Notes under the pieces: model-generated | Told to the model about the DNA's origin: nothing | The model's database searches: none | Seen by the model: only the letters and a program-made list of their open reading frames with translations | Shown here: piece after piece, positions 7,396 to 16,750 of the stretch | Layout of the letters: each line of letters begins with the position of its first letter | How positions within the stretch are numbered: the first letter of the stretch is position 1 | DNA from: Ferrovibrionaceae bacterium | Lineage (GTDB): Bacteria > Pseudomonadota > Alphaproteobacteria > Ferrovibrionales > Ferrovibrionaceae | Reading direction: 5' to 3' | Length of the DNA: 24,000 bases | Assembly: GCA_046705265.1 (NCBI GenBank) | Contig: JBJKQL010000066.1 | Coordinates: 15,130 to 39,129 of the forward strand | Position numbers and translations under genes: made by a program

Positions 7396-8796
7396 ATGAT
7401 GCGGATCACCCAACGAGGCGTCGCGCCGGATACCGCGAACATCTTCCTTTCTGAGATATGGGCCGGCCTCGGCGGCAACGCGGACGCGCTTGCAGCGGTC
7501 GAAATCCCGACCGATGGCGCTCTCAAGTCGGCTTTCGCGGTCACTGATCTTGCCGCCGCGGCGATCGCGGCCGCCGGGCTCGCGGCGGCCGAGCTGCTCG
7601 CCCTCCTCTACGGCGACATGCCTCGCGTTTGCGTCGATCGTCGGCTGGCCTCGTTTTGGTTCGCTGCGACCCTCCGGCCCGAAGGCTGGTCGCCGCCGCC
7701 GGCCTGGGACGCGATCGCCGGCGTCTATCGCGCCGCCGACGGCTGGATCCGGCTTCATACCAACGCGCCAGCGCATCGCTCCGCCGCGCTCAACGTGCTG
7801 CAGACGCCGGCGGAGCGCGACGCGGTTGCCGCCGCCGTGCGACGCTGGCCGGCCGATGATCTCGAAACCGCGATTGTTGCGGAGCAAGGTTGCGCTGCGG
7901 CGCTGCGTTCGCGCGAGACCTGGGCGGACCATCCGCAAGGGGCAAGCGTTGCCAGCGAACCCCTGCTTTGGATCGACGAGACCGACACTTCACCGTCGCC
8001 GGCATGGCCAATGGCCGCGACGCGGCCGCTTGTGGGCCTCCGGGTTCTCGACCTGACGCGAGTCCTTGCCGGTCCGGTGGCGACGCGGTTTCTCGCTGGG
8101 CTCGGCGCCGAGGTTCTCCGCATCGATCCGCCGTGGTGGGATGAGCCGGGTCTCGTGCCTGAGATCGCGGTCGGCAAACGCTGCGCCCGTCTCGATCTCC
8201 GCCGGGCGGAAGAGCGCGAGCGGCTGGCCGCGCTTCTTGCCGAAGCAGACGTGCTGGTGCACGGCTATCGGCCGGATGCGCTCGCTGGTCTCGGTTTCGA
8301 TGGCGAAGTCCGCCGGTGCCTTCGTCCCGGACTAATCGACGTGTCGCTCGACGCCTATGGCTGGACCGGCCCATGGCGTGGGCGGCGTGGTTTCGACAGC
8401 TTGGTGCAGATGAGTGCCGGCATCGCCGCCGAGGGCATGCGCCACTTCCGCGCCGAGGAGCCGGTTCCGCTTCCCGTTCAGGCGCTCGACCATGCCACTG
8501 GTTATCTCATGGCGGCCGCCGCGCTTCGCGGCCTCGTCCGGCGGCTGAGATCAAATATCGGCACGACGGCCCGGACCTCGCTCGCGCGCACTGCCCATCT
8601 TCTGGCTTCGGCGCCGCCCGGCGATGGGCCGGAACTGGCGGCATCCGGCTCGGCCGACGTTACCGCGGCGATCGAAGCCACCGCATGGGGGCCGGCCAGG
8701 CGCCTTCGCCCGCCGCTCACCATCGCCGGCGTCGAGATCGGATGGTCTCGCGGCGCGACAGCGCTCGGCTCGGCCGAGCCGGTCTGGCTGTCTTAA
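7396..8796 (+). CDS. Family III (CaiB/BaiF-type) CoA-transferase with atypical domain order
   Basis: The hallmark motif LVGLRVLDLTRVLAGPVATRFLAGLGAEVLRID sits about 215 aa into the protein, not at the N-terminus. An Asp-containing motif RRGFDSLVQMSAGIA lies downstream. The ORF is open from GTG 7360; ATG 7396 has AGGG 6 nt upstream. Confidence 0.75.
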   Translation: MMRITQRGVAPDTANIFLSEIWAGLGGNADALAAVEIPTDGALKSAFAVTDLAAAAIAAAGLAAAELLALLYGDMPRVCVDRRLASFWFAATLRPEGWSPPPAWDAIAGVYRAADGWIRLHTNAPAHRSAALNVLQTPAERDAVAAAVRRWPADDLETAIVAEQGCAAALRSRETWADHPQGASVASEPLLWIDETDTSPSPAWPMAATRPLVGLRVLDLTRVLAGPVATRFLAGLGAEVLRIDPPWWDEPGLVPEIAVGKRCARLDLRRAEERERLAALLAEADVLVHGYRPDALAGLGFDGEVRRCLRPGLIDVSLDAYGWTGPWRGRRGFDSLVQMSAGIAAEGMRHFRAEEPVPLPVQALDHATGYLMAAAALRGLVRRLRSNIGTTARTSLARTAHLLASAPPGDGPELAASGSADVTAAIEATAWGPARRLRPPLTIAGVEIGWSRGATALGSAEPVWLS

Positions 8797-10151
8797 GTGC
8801 TGCGAGGTTCCTCGACCCGCAGCAAGAGGAAGAAGCCGGCGATCAGAAAGGCGAGAATGGCGGCGAGCCCGGCGCGCTGGCTGGCGAAGACCTCGGTCAT
8901 GATGGCGACCGCAAGCGGTGCAGCGAATGAGGTTACCTGCCCCGTCGCGGCGTAGAAGCCGAAAAGCTCGGCCGTCATCTCGGGCGGCGAAAGCCTGGCG
9001 AGCAGGCTGCGGCTCGCGGCCTGCATCGGCCCGCCGCAAATGCCGAGCATGATGGCGAAGAGCAAAAACATCCGTTCGGTGGTGCTGGCGAAAAAGCCAT
9101 GGCCGGCCGGCCCCAAGGCCGGGATGCCAAAGAAGATACTATGTGCGGTCAGCGACAAGACGCCGAGGCTCGCGAGCGTGACGCCGGCCGTCGCGGCGAG
9201 GATCGTTACCTTGGCGCCGAAGCGGTCGTCGAGCATGCCGCCGATCCATGCGCCGGCCGCGCCGAAAACCAGGATGATCAAGCCGAAAATCCCGAGTTCA
9301 GTCATCGACCAACGAAAGATGCCGGCGGCGTAAATGCCGCCGAAGGCGAAGATCGCGTTCAGCCCGTCATAGGCGATCATGCGTGCAATCAGAAAAAGGA
9401 CGATGTTGCGATGATGCGAGCGCGCCTCGCGCGCGGTCTTCACCATCCGGGCGAGGCCGTGGCGCACGATGCCGATGCCGGCGGCGCGTGAGGCCTTGGC
9501 CTCAGGGGTGAAGAGGAAGAGCGGGATCGAAAACAGCACGATCCAAATCGCGATCACCGGGCCGACCGCGCGCTGGACCTGATGTCGCGCAAGGTCGAGT
9601 GGGTGGCCGATATGGGCAAGCAGCGCCGGCCCGCCGAGAATCAAGGTCAGCGCCGTCAGCCCGCCCAGATACCCGAGGCCCCAGGAAAATCCGCTCAAGC
9701 GGCCGATTCGCTCCGGCCGGCCGAGACCGGGCAGCATGGCGTTGTTGAACACTTGCGAGACATTGGCGCTCACCACCGTCAGCACCACGGCGGCGAGGAT
9801 CAGGATGCGAAGCCCGGGCGGTGCCTTGGGCACCGCGATCCAAAGCGTCGCGCAGCCGAGCGCCGTCATCGCGACGAAGGCGCCCGTCCAATGCTTGCGC
9901 TGGCCGCCGGCGTCGGCGATGGCGCCGAGGATCGGGCTTAAAACCGCGATCAAGACCCCGACCACCGCCATGGCGTAGCCCCAAAGCGCCTGGCCTTGTA
10001 CCGAATTGCCGACCACGATGGCGGTGAAATAGGGTGCGAAAATGAAGGTGGTGATGACGCTGTAAACCGGCTGGACGGCCCAGTCGTAAAGCGCCCAGCT
10101 AAGCCGCCCGAGCGTAAGCCGGGGCGGCGAAAGACCTTCAAGATGGCTCAT
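8793..10151 (-). CDS. MFS transporter, UMF1 (Atg22-like) family
   Basis: 452 aa from ATG 10151 (MSHLEGLSPPRLTLGRLSWALYDWAVQPVYSVITTFIFAPYF). About 12 hydrophobic segments. The track ORF start at 10340 would overlap the 3' end of the dehydrogenase gene and is rejected. Confidence 0.8.
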   Translation of the reverse strand: MSHLEGLSPPRLTLGRLSWALYDWAVQPVYSVITTFIFAPYFTAIVVGNSVQGQALWGYAMAVVGVLIAVLSPILGAIADAGGQRKHWTGAFVAMTALGCATLWIAVPKAPPGLRILILAAVVLTVVSANVSQVFNNAMLPGLGRPERIGRLSGFSWGLGYLGGLTALTLILGGPALLAHIGHPLDLARHQVQRAVGPVIAIWIVLFSIPLFLFTPEAKASRAAGIGIVRHGLARMVKTAREARSHHRNIVLFLIARMIAYDGLNAIFAFGGIYAAGIFRWSMTELGIFGLIILVFGAAGAWIGGMLDDRFGAKVTILAATAGVTLASLGVLSLTAHSIFFGIPALGPAGHGFFASTTERMFLLFAIMLGICGGPMQAASRSLLARLSPPEMTAELFGFYAATGQVTSFAAPLAVAIMTEVFASQRAGLAAILAFLIAGFFLLLRVEEPRST

Positions 10152-10185
10152 CAGGACGCGATTGGCCGCGATACCTAGGACATAG

Positions 10186-13100
10186 CTAAAGCATAGCTTG
10201 CAGATGGCGATTGGCGATGGCAAGTCTCGCCGCGTCGACGCCGCCCGAATGACGGCAATCCTCGACCAGCCGTTCGAGCCGGGTGAGGCCGGAACCATGG
10301 CGGGCACGCCAGTCACTGATCGCCTTCTCCCAATCGCCATCGGCTTTCCTCAGCACGGTGACGGTAAGATCGCGCTGAAGAACCGTGAGGTCTTCAGCCG
10401 CCGTGGCCGCGGCTAGGCGCTGCCAGTAATCGCCGAATTCAGCGGTACGCGCCGACTGCCTGAGCCAATCGAGACCGAGCGCGTGGCCGAGAGAAAAGAA
10501 AATGCGCCCAACCCGGCCGACTTCGCCGTCAAGCGCCTTGGCGGCATCGACGATCGCCGGCGCGGCGGCAAGATAGGGCGCGCCGGCGGCGGCGTTGGCG
10601 AGCCATTCCGGCACGCCCTCCTTCATCAAGCGCGCCGAGGCTTCGCCGAGATCCGGCGCCTCGTCGCCGAGAAAGTCGCGCAAGCCGTCGCGAAGCCGCG
10701 CGATTCCCGGCGCGTAAGCGGCGATTGTCTTGGCGATCTCGATGGCCTCGCCCTTTTGCCGCAGGAACCACAGCACGGCGGCGCGCAGAAGCTCGTTTCC
10801 GGTTCGCAGTATTTCGCTTTGCCGTGTCGAGCGGACCCTGTTGTCGATCGCCTCCGTCTCGCGCCAATAGCGACGAAGCTCGAACACCTCGCGCGCGATG
10901 AGATAGGCGCGCGCGATGGCCTCCGGCGCCGCCTCGGTCTCTTCCGCGATATCGTCGATGAAGCCCGGGCCGGCGCGGTTGACAACGCTGTTCGCGATTG
11001 CCGTCGCCACGATCTCGCGGCCAAGACGATGCCGCTTGATCGCGGTGCCGAAACGTTCGTGCAGCGCGCGCGGGAAATAATTGGCGAGATCGCTGCCGAA
11101 GGCTTCGTCCTCCGGCAGGCCGCTTGGCAGGAGATCGTCATAAAGCGAGGTCTTGGCATAGGCGAGCAGTACAGAAATCTCCGGTCTCGTCAGTCCGCGG
11201 CCGGCCTTGGTATGCGCCGTGACCTCGGCTTCATCCGGCAAGAATTCGACCGCGCGGTCGAGGCGCCCCGCTTGCTCCAGGCTTCGCATCAAGCGCCCGA
11301 GCGCCGGCAGGGCGTGCGCGCCTTCGGCCTCGACCAGCGACACCGCTTGGCCTTGCAGATAATTGTCGCGCAGCACCAGGGCCGCGACCTCGCCCGTCAT
11401 CTCCTGCAAGAGCGCATTCCTCTGCTTTTCGGTGAGTTCGCCGTCGGCGACCAGCGAATCCAGAAGAATCTTGATATTGACCTCATGGTCCGAGGTATCG
11501 ACGCCAGCGGAGTTGTCGAGCGCGTCGGTGTTTATGCGTCCGCCATTCGCCGCATATTCGATGCGCCCGCGCTGGGTGAAGCCGAGATTGCCGCCCTCGC
11601 CCACCACGCGCGCGCAAAGATCGGCGCCGTCGACGCGCAGGGCATCGTTGGCGCGATCGCCGACTTCGGCGTTGCTCTCCGTGCTGGCCTTGACGTAGGT
11701 GCCGATGCCGCCGTTCCAAAGAAGATCGACCTCGGCGGTCAATAGGGCGCGAATAAGATCGGTCGGGGTCAAGTGGTCCGCAGCGATGCCGAAGCAGGCC
11801 TTGATCTCGGGCGAAAGCGGAACGGTTTTGAGCTTGCGGTCAAAAACACCGCCACCTTTCGAGATCAGGGTCTTGTCGTAATCGGCCCAGGAAGAGGTGG
11901 GAAGCGCGAACAGCCGCCGGCGCTCGGCCATCGCTTTTTCGATATCGGGATCGGGATCGAGAAAGACATGGCGATGATCGAAGGCAGCAAGAAGTTTCAT
12001 TTTCGGCGGCAGCAGCATGCCGTTGCCGAAGACGTCGCCCGACATGTCGCCAATGCCGATAGCAGTAATCGGGGTCACCGCGAGATCGATGCCGATCTCG
12101 CGGAAATGGCGCTTCACCATTTCATAGGCGCCGCGCGCCGTGATGCCCATTTTCTTGTGATCGTAGCCCGCTGAACCGCCGGAGGCGAAGGCATCGCCAA
12201 GCCAGTAGCCGTATTCCTTGGCGATACTGTTCGCGATGTCGGAGAAGGTGGCGGTGCCCTTGTCGGCAGCGACCACGAGATAGGGATCATCGCCATCGCG
12301 GCGCACGACGTCCTTCGGCGGCACCAGCCGGGAGCCGACGATATTGTCGGTGAGATCCAAGAGGCCGCGGATCAAGTCTTTGTAGCAAGCAATGGCATCG
12401 GCCTGAATGGCCGCGCGGTCCGCCGCGACCGGCGGACGTTTCGGGACGAATCCGCCCTTGGCGCCGACCGGCACGATGACCGCGTTCTTCACCATCTGTG
12501 CCTTCATCAGGCCGAGAATTTCGGTACGAAAATCCTCACGCCGATCCGACCAGCGGATGCCGCCGCGGGCAACCTTGCCGCCGCGGAGATGGATGGCCTC
12601 GACGGAGGGCGAATGAACAAAGATTTCCGCCATCGGCCGCGGCAACGGCAGATCATCGATCCTCGCACTGTCGAGTTTTAGTGCGACGTAAGGCCTTTCG
12701 GGCTGCAAATAGAAATTGGTGCGTAGCGTTGCCGAGATCAGATGCTTGTAGCGGCGGAGGATGCGATCCTCGTCGAGGCTCTCGACCCGATCCAGTTCGG
12801 TTTCGATTTCACGCCCGATGGCCGCTGCCTGCTCGCGGCGGTCGGCTTCTCTCGCCGGATCGAAGAGGACATGAAATAACGCGATCAACAATGCTGCTAT
12901 CTTCGCGTTGGCGAACAGCGCGTCTTCGATATAGGCTTGGCTGAAGGCGAAGCCGATCTGGCGTAAATACTTGCAATAGGCGCGCAGAATCCACACCTCG
13001 CGCCAGTCGAGGTCGGCCTCCAGCACCAGCCGGTTGAAGCGGTCGTCTTCCGCCCGGCCGTGCCAAACGCGCTCGAAGGCGATCTCGAACTTCTCCTTGG

Positions 13101-14982
13101 CGCGGCCAAGCTCGATCGCCGCGCCGTCGCGTTTCTCGAGGCGAAATTCGTGAATCCAAGCGGATGTCGTGCCGCGATTGCGCGCGATATGAAACGGATT
13201 TTCCTCGATCACGCGGAAGCCCATGTGCTCCAGCATGGGCAGGCAATCGGAAAGCGGTACCGGCGAGGCCAGATGGTAAAGCTTGAAGGTTAGCCCGCCC
13301 GGCTCCGCCTCCAAGGGCTGGGCGAGATTGACCGCAAGCGCGTTCTCGGTGCTCAGGGCCTCGATCTTCGTGATGTCGAAAAGCGCGGTTTCAACGTCGT
13401 AGCGATCGCGGTAGGCAGCGGGAAAGGCATCAGCGAAGCGGCCGAAGACTTGATTGCCGGTGGCCTCGCCGAGCTTGGCCACAAGCGCGTCCTTCAAGTC
13501 CTCAGGCCACAGCCTTGCCGCCGCTTCGAGCTTGGCTTCGATGGCGGCTATATCGATGTCGCGCGTCGCGTCGGCCGGCGTCGCGACGACGATATGGAGC
13601 CGTGCCAGGGGTTCATCACCGATCTGGATGTGGAAAGTGCCGACATCGCCATGAAAGGCTCGGCCGAGGATATCGGCGAACCGGTTGCCAAGCTCCGTGT
13701 CGTAGCGTTCGCGCGGCACGTAGACGAGGCACGAGACGAAACGGCCGAATTCGTCGCGGCGCGGGAAAAGGCGAATGCAGGGCCGCGTCTCCAAGGACAG
13801 AACGCCGGTCGCGATGTCGAAAAGATCACTCTCGGAAATTTGAAACAGCTCGTCCCGGGGGTAGCTCTCGAGGATATGGATCAGCGCCTTCGCGTCGTAG
13901 CTTTGCGGCGACAATCCGGCACGCTCCACCACCCGCTGCACCTTGCGGCGCAAAAGCGGGATGTTGCGCGGGTTGCGACTATAGGCGGTCGAGGTAAAAA
14001 GGCCGACAAAACGCCATTCGCCCACCGCTTCGCCCGCCGCGTCGAATCGGCGGATGCCGATATAATCCAGCGGCACTGCGCGGTGAACCGATGAACGCGC
14101 GTTGGCCTTGGTAACGATGAGCAGTTCACGGCGTTTCAGGAAGCGTTGTACCGCATCCGTCGTCACGGTGAAGCCGCTGCGCCCGGTCATGATGCGGTGC
14201 TCCGGCCGGCGCAGGATGCCGAGTCCCGACCCCTCGACGATATGAAGATCGCCGTGCTCCGCGCCTTGGCGATAATCGTACTCGCGATAGCCGAGGAAGG
14301 TAAAATTGTTGTCGGCCATCCACCCTAAAAGCGCGACGGCCTCGGCGATCTCACCGGCGTCCAAGGGCGGCGGCTCGTCTTGCAGCCGCGCGATGACGCG
14401 GGCAAGAGCGACCTGCATCGGCTGCCAGTCCTCGACCGCGGCCCTGACGTCTGCGAGTACCCGCTCGAGATCGGCGACGATGGCATCGGAGGCCGCCGGG
14501 GCCGTAACTTGGCTGATCTCGATATGCATCACCGATTCGCGGCTGTCGCCGCCGCCGGCCGCTCGCTTGCCGGCAGCGTCGCGCCGGGTCTCGACGATTG
14601 GGTGCAGGAGAAGATGAACCTTATGTCCGGCGTTGGCGAGCGAGAGGCTGACCGAATCGACGAGAAACGGCATGTCGTCGTTGACGATGTCGACCACCGT
14701 GTGGGGCGAACTCCAGCCGTCGCGCTCGATCTTCGGGGAATAGACGCGGATTTTCGGCCTGCCCGGCGCGCGTTCCTCGGCGAAGCGCCACAGGCTGAGA
14801 CAGGCGCCATAGAGATTGTCGATGCTGCGGCTCGCCGCATCCTCGGGTGCGATCCGCTGCAGCAGCAAGCGGACGAAATATTCTAGATCAGGGCGGTCCG
14901 GTTTGTCGCCAAGGCGCTCGCGAAGGTGGGTAACGATGGCCGCAATCCTTTCGCGAACCTGCTCCTCGCTTTTCGACGGCAT
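10186..14982 (-). CDS. gdhB: Large NAD-specific glutamate dehydrogenase (about 1600 aa; GdhB/GdhZ type)
   Basis: Length plus the motif GGIRWSDRREDFRTEILGLMKAQMVKNAVIVPVGAKGGF. ATG 14982 is preceded by GGGGGA 6 nt upstream. Confidence 0.93.
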   Translation of the reverse strand: MPSKSEEQVRERIAAIVTHLRERLGDKPDRPDLEYFVRLLLQRIAPEDAASRSIDNLYGACLSLWRFAEERAPGRPKIRVYSPKIERDGWSSPHTVVDIVNDDMPFLVDSVSLSLANAGHKVHLLLHPIVETRRDAAGKRAAGGGDSRESVMHIEISQVTAPAASDAIVADLERVLADVRAAVEDWQPMQVALARVIARLQDEPPPLDAGEIAEAVALLGWMADNNFTFLGYREYDYRQGAEHGDLHIVEGSGLGILRRPEHRIMTGRSGFTVTTDAVQRFLKRRELLIVTKANARSSVHRAVPLDYIGIRRFDAAGEAVGEWRFVGLFTSTAYSRNPRNIPLLRRKVQRVVERAGLSPQSYDAKALIHILESYPRDELFQISESDLFDIATGVLSLETRPCIRLFPRRDEFGRFVSCLVYVPRERYDTELGNRFADILGRAFHGDVGTFHIQIGDEPLARLHIVVATPADATRDIDIAAIEAKLEAAARLWPEDLKDALVAKLGEATGNQVFGRFADAFPAAYRDRYDVETALFDITKIEALSTENALAVNLAQPLEAEPGGLTFKLYHLASPVPLSDCLPMLEHMGFRVIEENPFHIARNRGTTSAWIHEFRLEKRDGAAIELGRAKEKFEIAFERVWHGRAEDDRFNRLVLEADLDWREVWILRAYCKYLRQIGFAFSQAYIEDALFANAKIAALLIALFHVLFDPAREADRREQAAAIGREIETELDRVESLDEDRILRRYKHLISATLRTNFYLQPERPYVALKLDSARIDDLPLPRPMAEIFVHSPSVEAIHLRGGKVARGGIRWSDRREDFRTEILGLMKAQMVKNAVIVPVGAKGGFVPKRPPVAADRAAIQADAIACYKDLIRGLLDLTDNIVGSRLVPPKDVVRRDGDDPYLVVAADKGTATFSDIANSIAKEYGYWLGDAFASGGSAGYDHKKMGITARGAYEMVKRHFREIGIDLAVTPITAIGIGDMSGDVFGNGMLLPPKMKLLAAFDHRHVFLDPDPDIEKAMAERRRLFALPTSSWADYDKTLISKGGGVFDRKLKTVPLSPEIKACFGIAADHLTPTDLIRALLTAEVDLLWNGGIGTYVKASTESNAEVGDRANDALRVDGADLCARVVGEGGNLGFTQRGRIEYAANGGRINTDALDNSAGVDTSDHEVNIKILLDSLVADGELTEKQRNALLQEMTGEVAALVLRDNYLQGQAVSLVEAEGAHALPALGRLMRSLEQAGRLDRAVEFLPDEAEVTAHTKAGRGLTRPEISVLLAYAKTSLYDDLLPSGLPEDEAFGSDLANYFPRALHERFGTAIKRHRLGREIVATAIANSVVNRAGPGFIDDIAEETEAAPEAIARAYLIAREVFELRRYWRETEAIDNRVRSTRQSEILRTGNELLRAAVLWFLRQKGEAIEIAKTIAAYAPGIARLRDGLRDFLGDEAPDLGEASARLMKEGVPEWLANAAAGAPYLAAAPAIVDAAKALDGEVGRVGRIFFSLGHALGLDWLRQSARTAEFGDYWQRLAAATAAEDLTVLQRDLTVTVLRKADGDWEKAISDWRARHGSGLTRLERLVEDCRHSGGVDAARLAIANRHLQAML

Positions 14983-15053
14983 GACGATCCCCCACCCCGC
15001 AGCCAGAATGCCCCGGCAAATCCCGTGCCCCGAGGCACGGTGCGAAAGGCGCA

Positions 15054-15082
15054 AATCTACGCTAGGTTAAGATGGTTAACAA
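15054..15082 (-). promoter_or_regulatory. Sigma70-like promoter candidate for gdhB, TTGTTA-17 nt-TAGATT on the minus strand
   Basis: Hexamers read directly: -35 at 15082-15077 and -10 at 15059-15054. The site is an AT-richer patch. The predicted leader of about 65 nt contains a 7-bp GC hairpin (15023-15040). Confidence 0.35.
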
Positions 15083-15327
15083 AGTATAGCGGCGGAATGA
15101 TGGCCACGGTGGCGCCAAGCCCCAAGCGTTTGGCGCTCGTCTCGAGCACGATTCCCCACCTGTCGCGAAGGGATAGGGATCGTCAGCCAAATCCCCATCA
15201 TCGTGTGAGATCCGTCGCTTGTTCTTCCATGGCGTGCAATCGGTTAGGATGCGCAGACCGGGCCGTTGGCGGGTCCGGTCCGAGACCAGACAACCCGGCA
15301 AGCCGACGACCAATCGACGGAGGTGTC

Positions 15328-15852
15328 ATGTGCCAGAGACTTGCGATCGGGGCTGCAGTTTCACTTGCGCTGGCGATTGGAATGGGGGCGGCGCTGGCGG
15401 CAGAGAGCCAGGCGCTGCCAGTACCGGCGGCGCTACCCTATGACATTCCTTATGGTCCACCAATCACGCTCGATCAGGCGAAGACGGCGGTGAACGGTGC
15501 GCTCGCCGAGTCCGCGAAGCATCACTGGAAGGAATCCTGCGCCGTGGTCGAGGGCAACGGCCAGCTCGTTCTATTCGAGAAGGAGGACGACACGCAATAC
15601 GCCTCGACGAAGATTGCACTCGATAAGGCGAAATCCGCCGCGTTCTATCGGCGCTCGACCACGCTCTTCCACAACGCCATGGAACATGGCTACCCATATG
15701 TGCTGCGGCTGGCCGATGCCAATCCGGTGCCGGGCGGCGAGCCCATCGTCATGGGAGGCAAAGTGATCGGCGGCCTCGGCTGCAGCGGCGGAACCGGTGG
15801 TCAGGACGTGGTGGTGGTGAAAGCCGGGCTTAAGGCGCTTGGCGCCGAATAG
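15328..15852 (+). CDS. Secreted GlcG/HbpS-like (DUF336) haem- or cofactor-binding protein
   Basis: ATG 15328 has GGAGG 4 nt upstream. The signal peptide is MCQRLAIGAAVSLALAIGMGAALAAES. The C-terminal GGKVIGGLGCSGGTGGQD motif is typical of the GlcG family. The track start at 14926 is rejected. Confidence 0.75.
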   Translation: MCQRLAIGAAVSLALAIGMGAALAAESQALPVPAALPYDIPYGPPITLDQAKTAVNGALAESAKHHWKESCAVVEGNGQLVLFEKEDDTQYASTKIALDKAKSAAFYRRSTTLFHNAMEHGYPYVLRLADANPVPGGEPIVMGGKVIGGLGCSGGTGGQDVVVVKAGLKALGAE

Positions 15853-16004
15853 GCACCGTGGCCATTGAGCTTCGCCGTAAAAGCGGGATCGGAACCGTAT
15901 AAGACGATCGGACCTTGCCTCAGGGGCCGGGAATGACGTTTGATGCGACCGCAGGCGTGTAGCGTTTTCAGCAACGGGCGGCAGACGGCGCGTGGGAGTA
16001 AGTC

Positions 16005-16373
16005 ATGCTGGTAATTTCGCTTATTCTTTTTGCTTGCGCGGTCATTGTCGGCTCCGCCATGGCGATCATCCATATTTCCTCTTCCGGTGTCAGGACGCCG
16101 CCGGTGCCGCTTGTCGCCTTGCATGGCGCGCTTGCCATCGGCGGTCTCTTGCTTCTGGCCTTGGCGCTGCAAGGTCCGGTCCGCGGGCTTGCCACGGGCA
16201 CCAGCCATTTCGGCGCCATCGCGCTCGGCCTATTAATCGCCGCCGCGCTTGGCGGCCTGGTCTTGCTCAGGGCGCATATGAAGCGCGGTCGGCTGCCCGG
16301 AGCGCCGATCGGTATTCACAGCCTGGTCGCGGTGGCTGGATTCGTGATGCTTCTCGTCTATGTTCTGCTTTAG
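16005..16373 (+). CDS. Small integral membrane protein (4 predicted TM helices), function unknown
   Basis: 122 aa, almost entirely hydrophobic. GGGAG SD lies 6 nt upstream of the ATG. Codon third positions are GC-rich like the neighbouring genes. Confidence 0.6.
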   Translation: MLVISLILFACAVIVGSAMAIIHISSSGVRTPPVPLVALHGALAIGGLLLLALALQGPVRGLATGTSHFGAIALGLLIAAALGGLVLLRAHMKRGRLPGAPIGIHSLVAVAGFVMLLVYVLL

Positions 16374-16415
16374 CAGCTTGGCGGAACATGATTACGACAT
16401 TGAGGGACCACAACC

Positions 16416-16742
16416 ATGATGGATGAAAGCAGCTTTTTCGCCGCCGCCGAAGCGTTGCAGCAGCGCTGGTTCGACGCCCTGGACACGGCGGAGCCGGCCG
16501 CGCTCGACATCGACTTCGAGGATGGAGTTCTCACCGTCGAGGCGGAAGGCACCGGCACCTTCATTCTGAGCCGGCACGCGCCGACGCGCCAGCTCTGGCT
16601 TTCCTCGCCGCTTTCCGGCGCGAGCCACTATGAATACGATGAGGCGCGCGAAGCGTGGGTGTCCACGCGAGGCGGCAGCGATCTCGAGATCTTGCTTGAA
16701 GCCGAATTCGCTAAAGCCGCAGGCGCCAAGACCGCGCCTTAG
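16416..16742 (+). CDS. cyaY: Iron donor protein CyaY (bacterial frataxin)
   Basis: 108 aa. DIDFEDGVLTVE, FILSRHAPTRQLWLSSPLSGASHYEY and EAWVSTRGG match the frataxin/CyaY pattern. Confidence 0.85.
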   Translation: MMDESSFFAAAEALQQRWFDALDTAEPAALDIDFEDGVLTVEAEGTGTFILSRHAPTRQLWLSSPLSGASHYEYDEAREAWVSTRGGSDLEILLEAEFAKAAGAKTAP

Positions 16743-16750
16743 ACGTCCTT

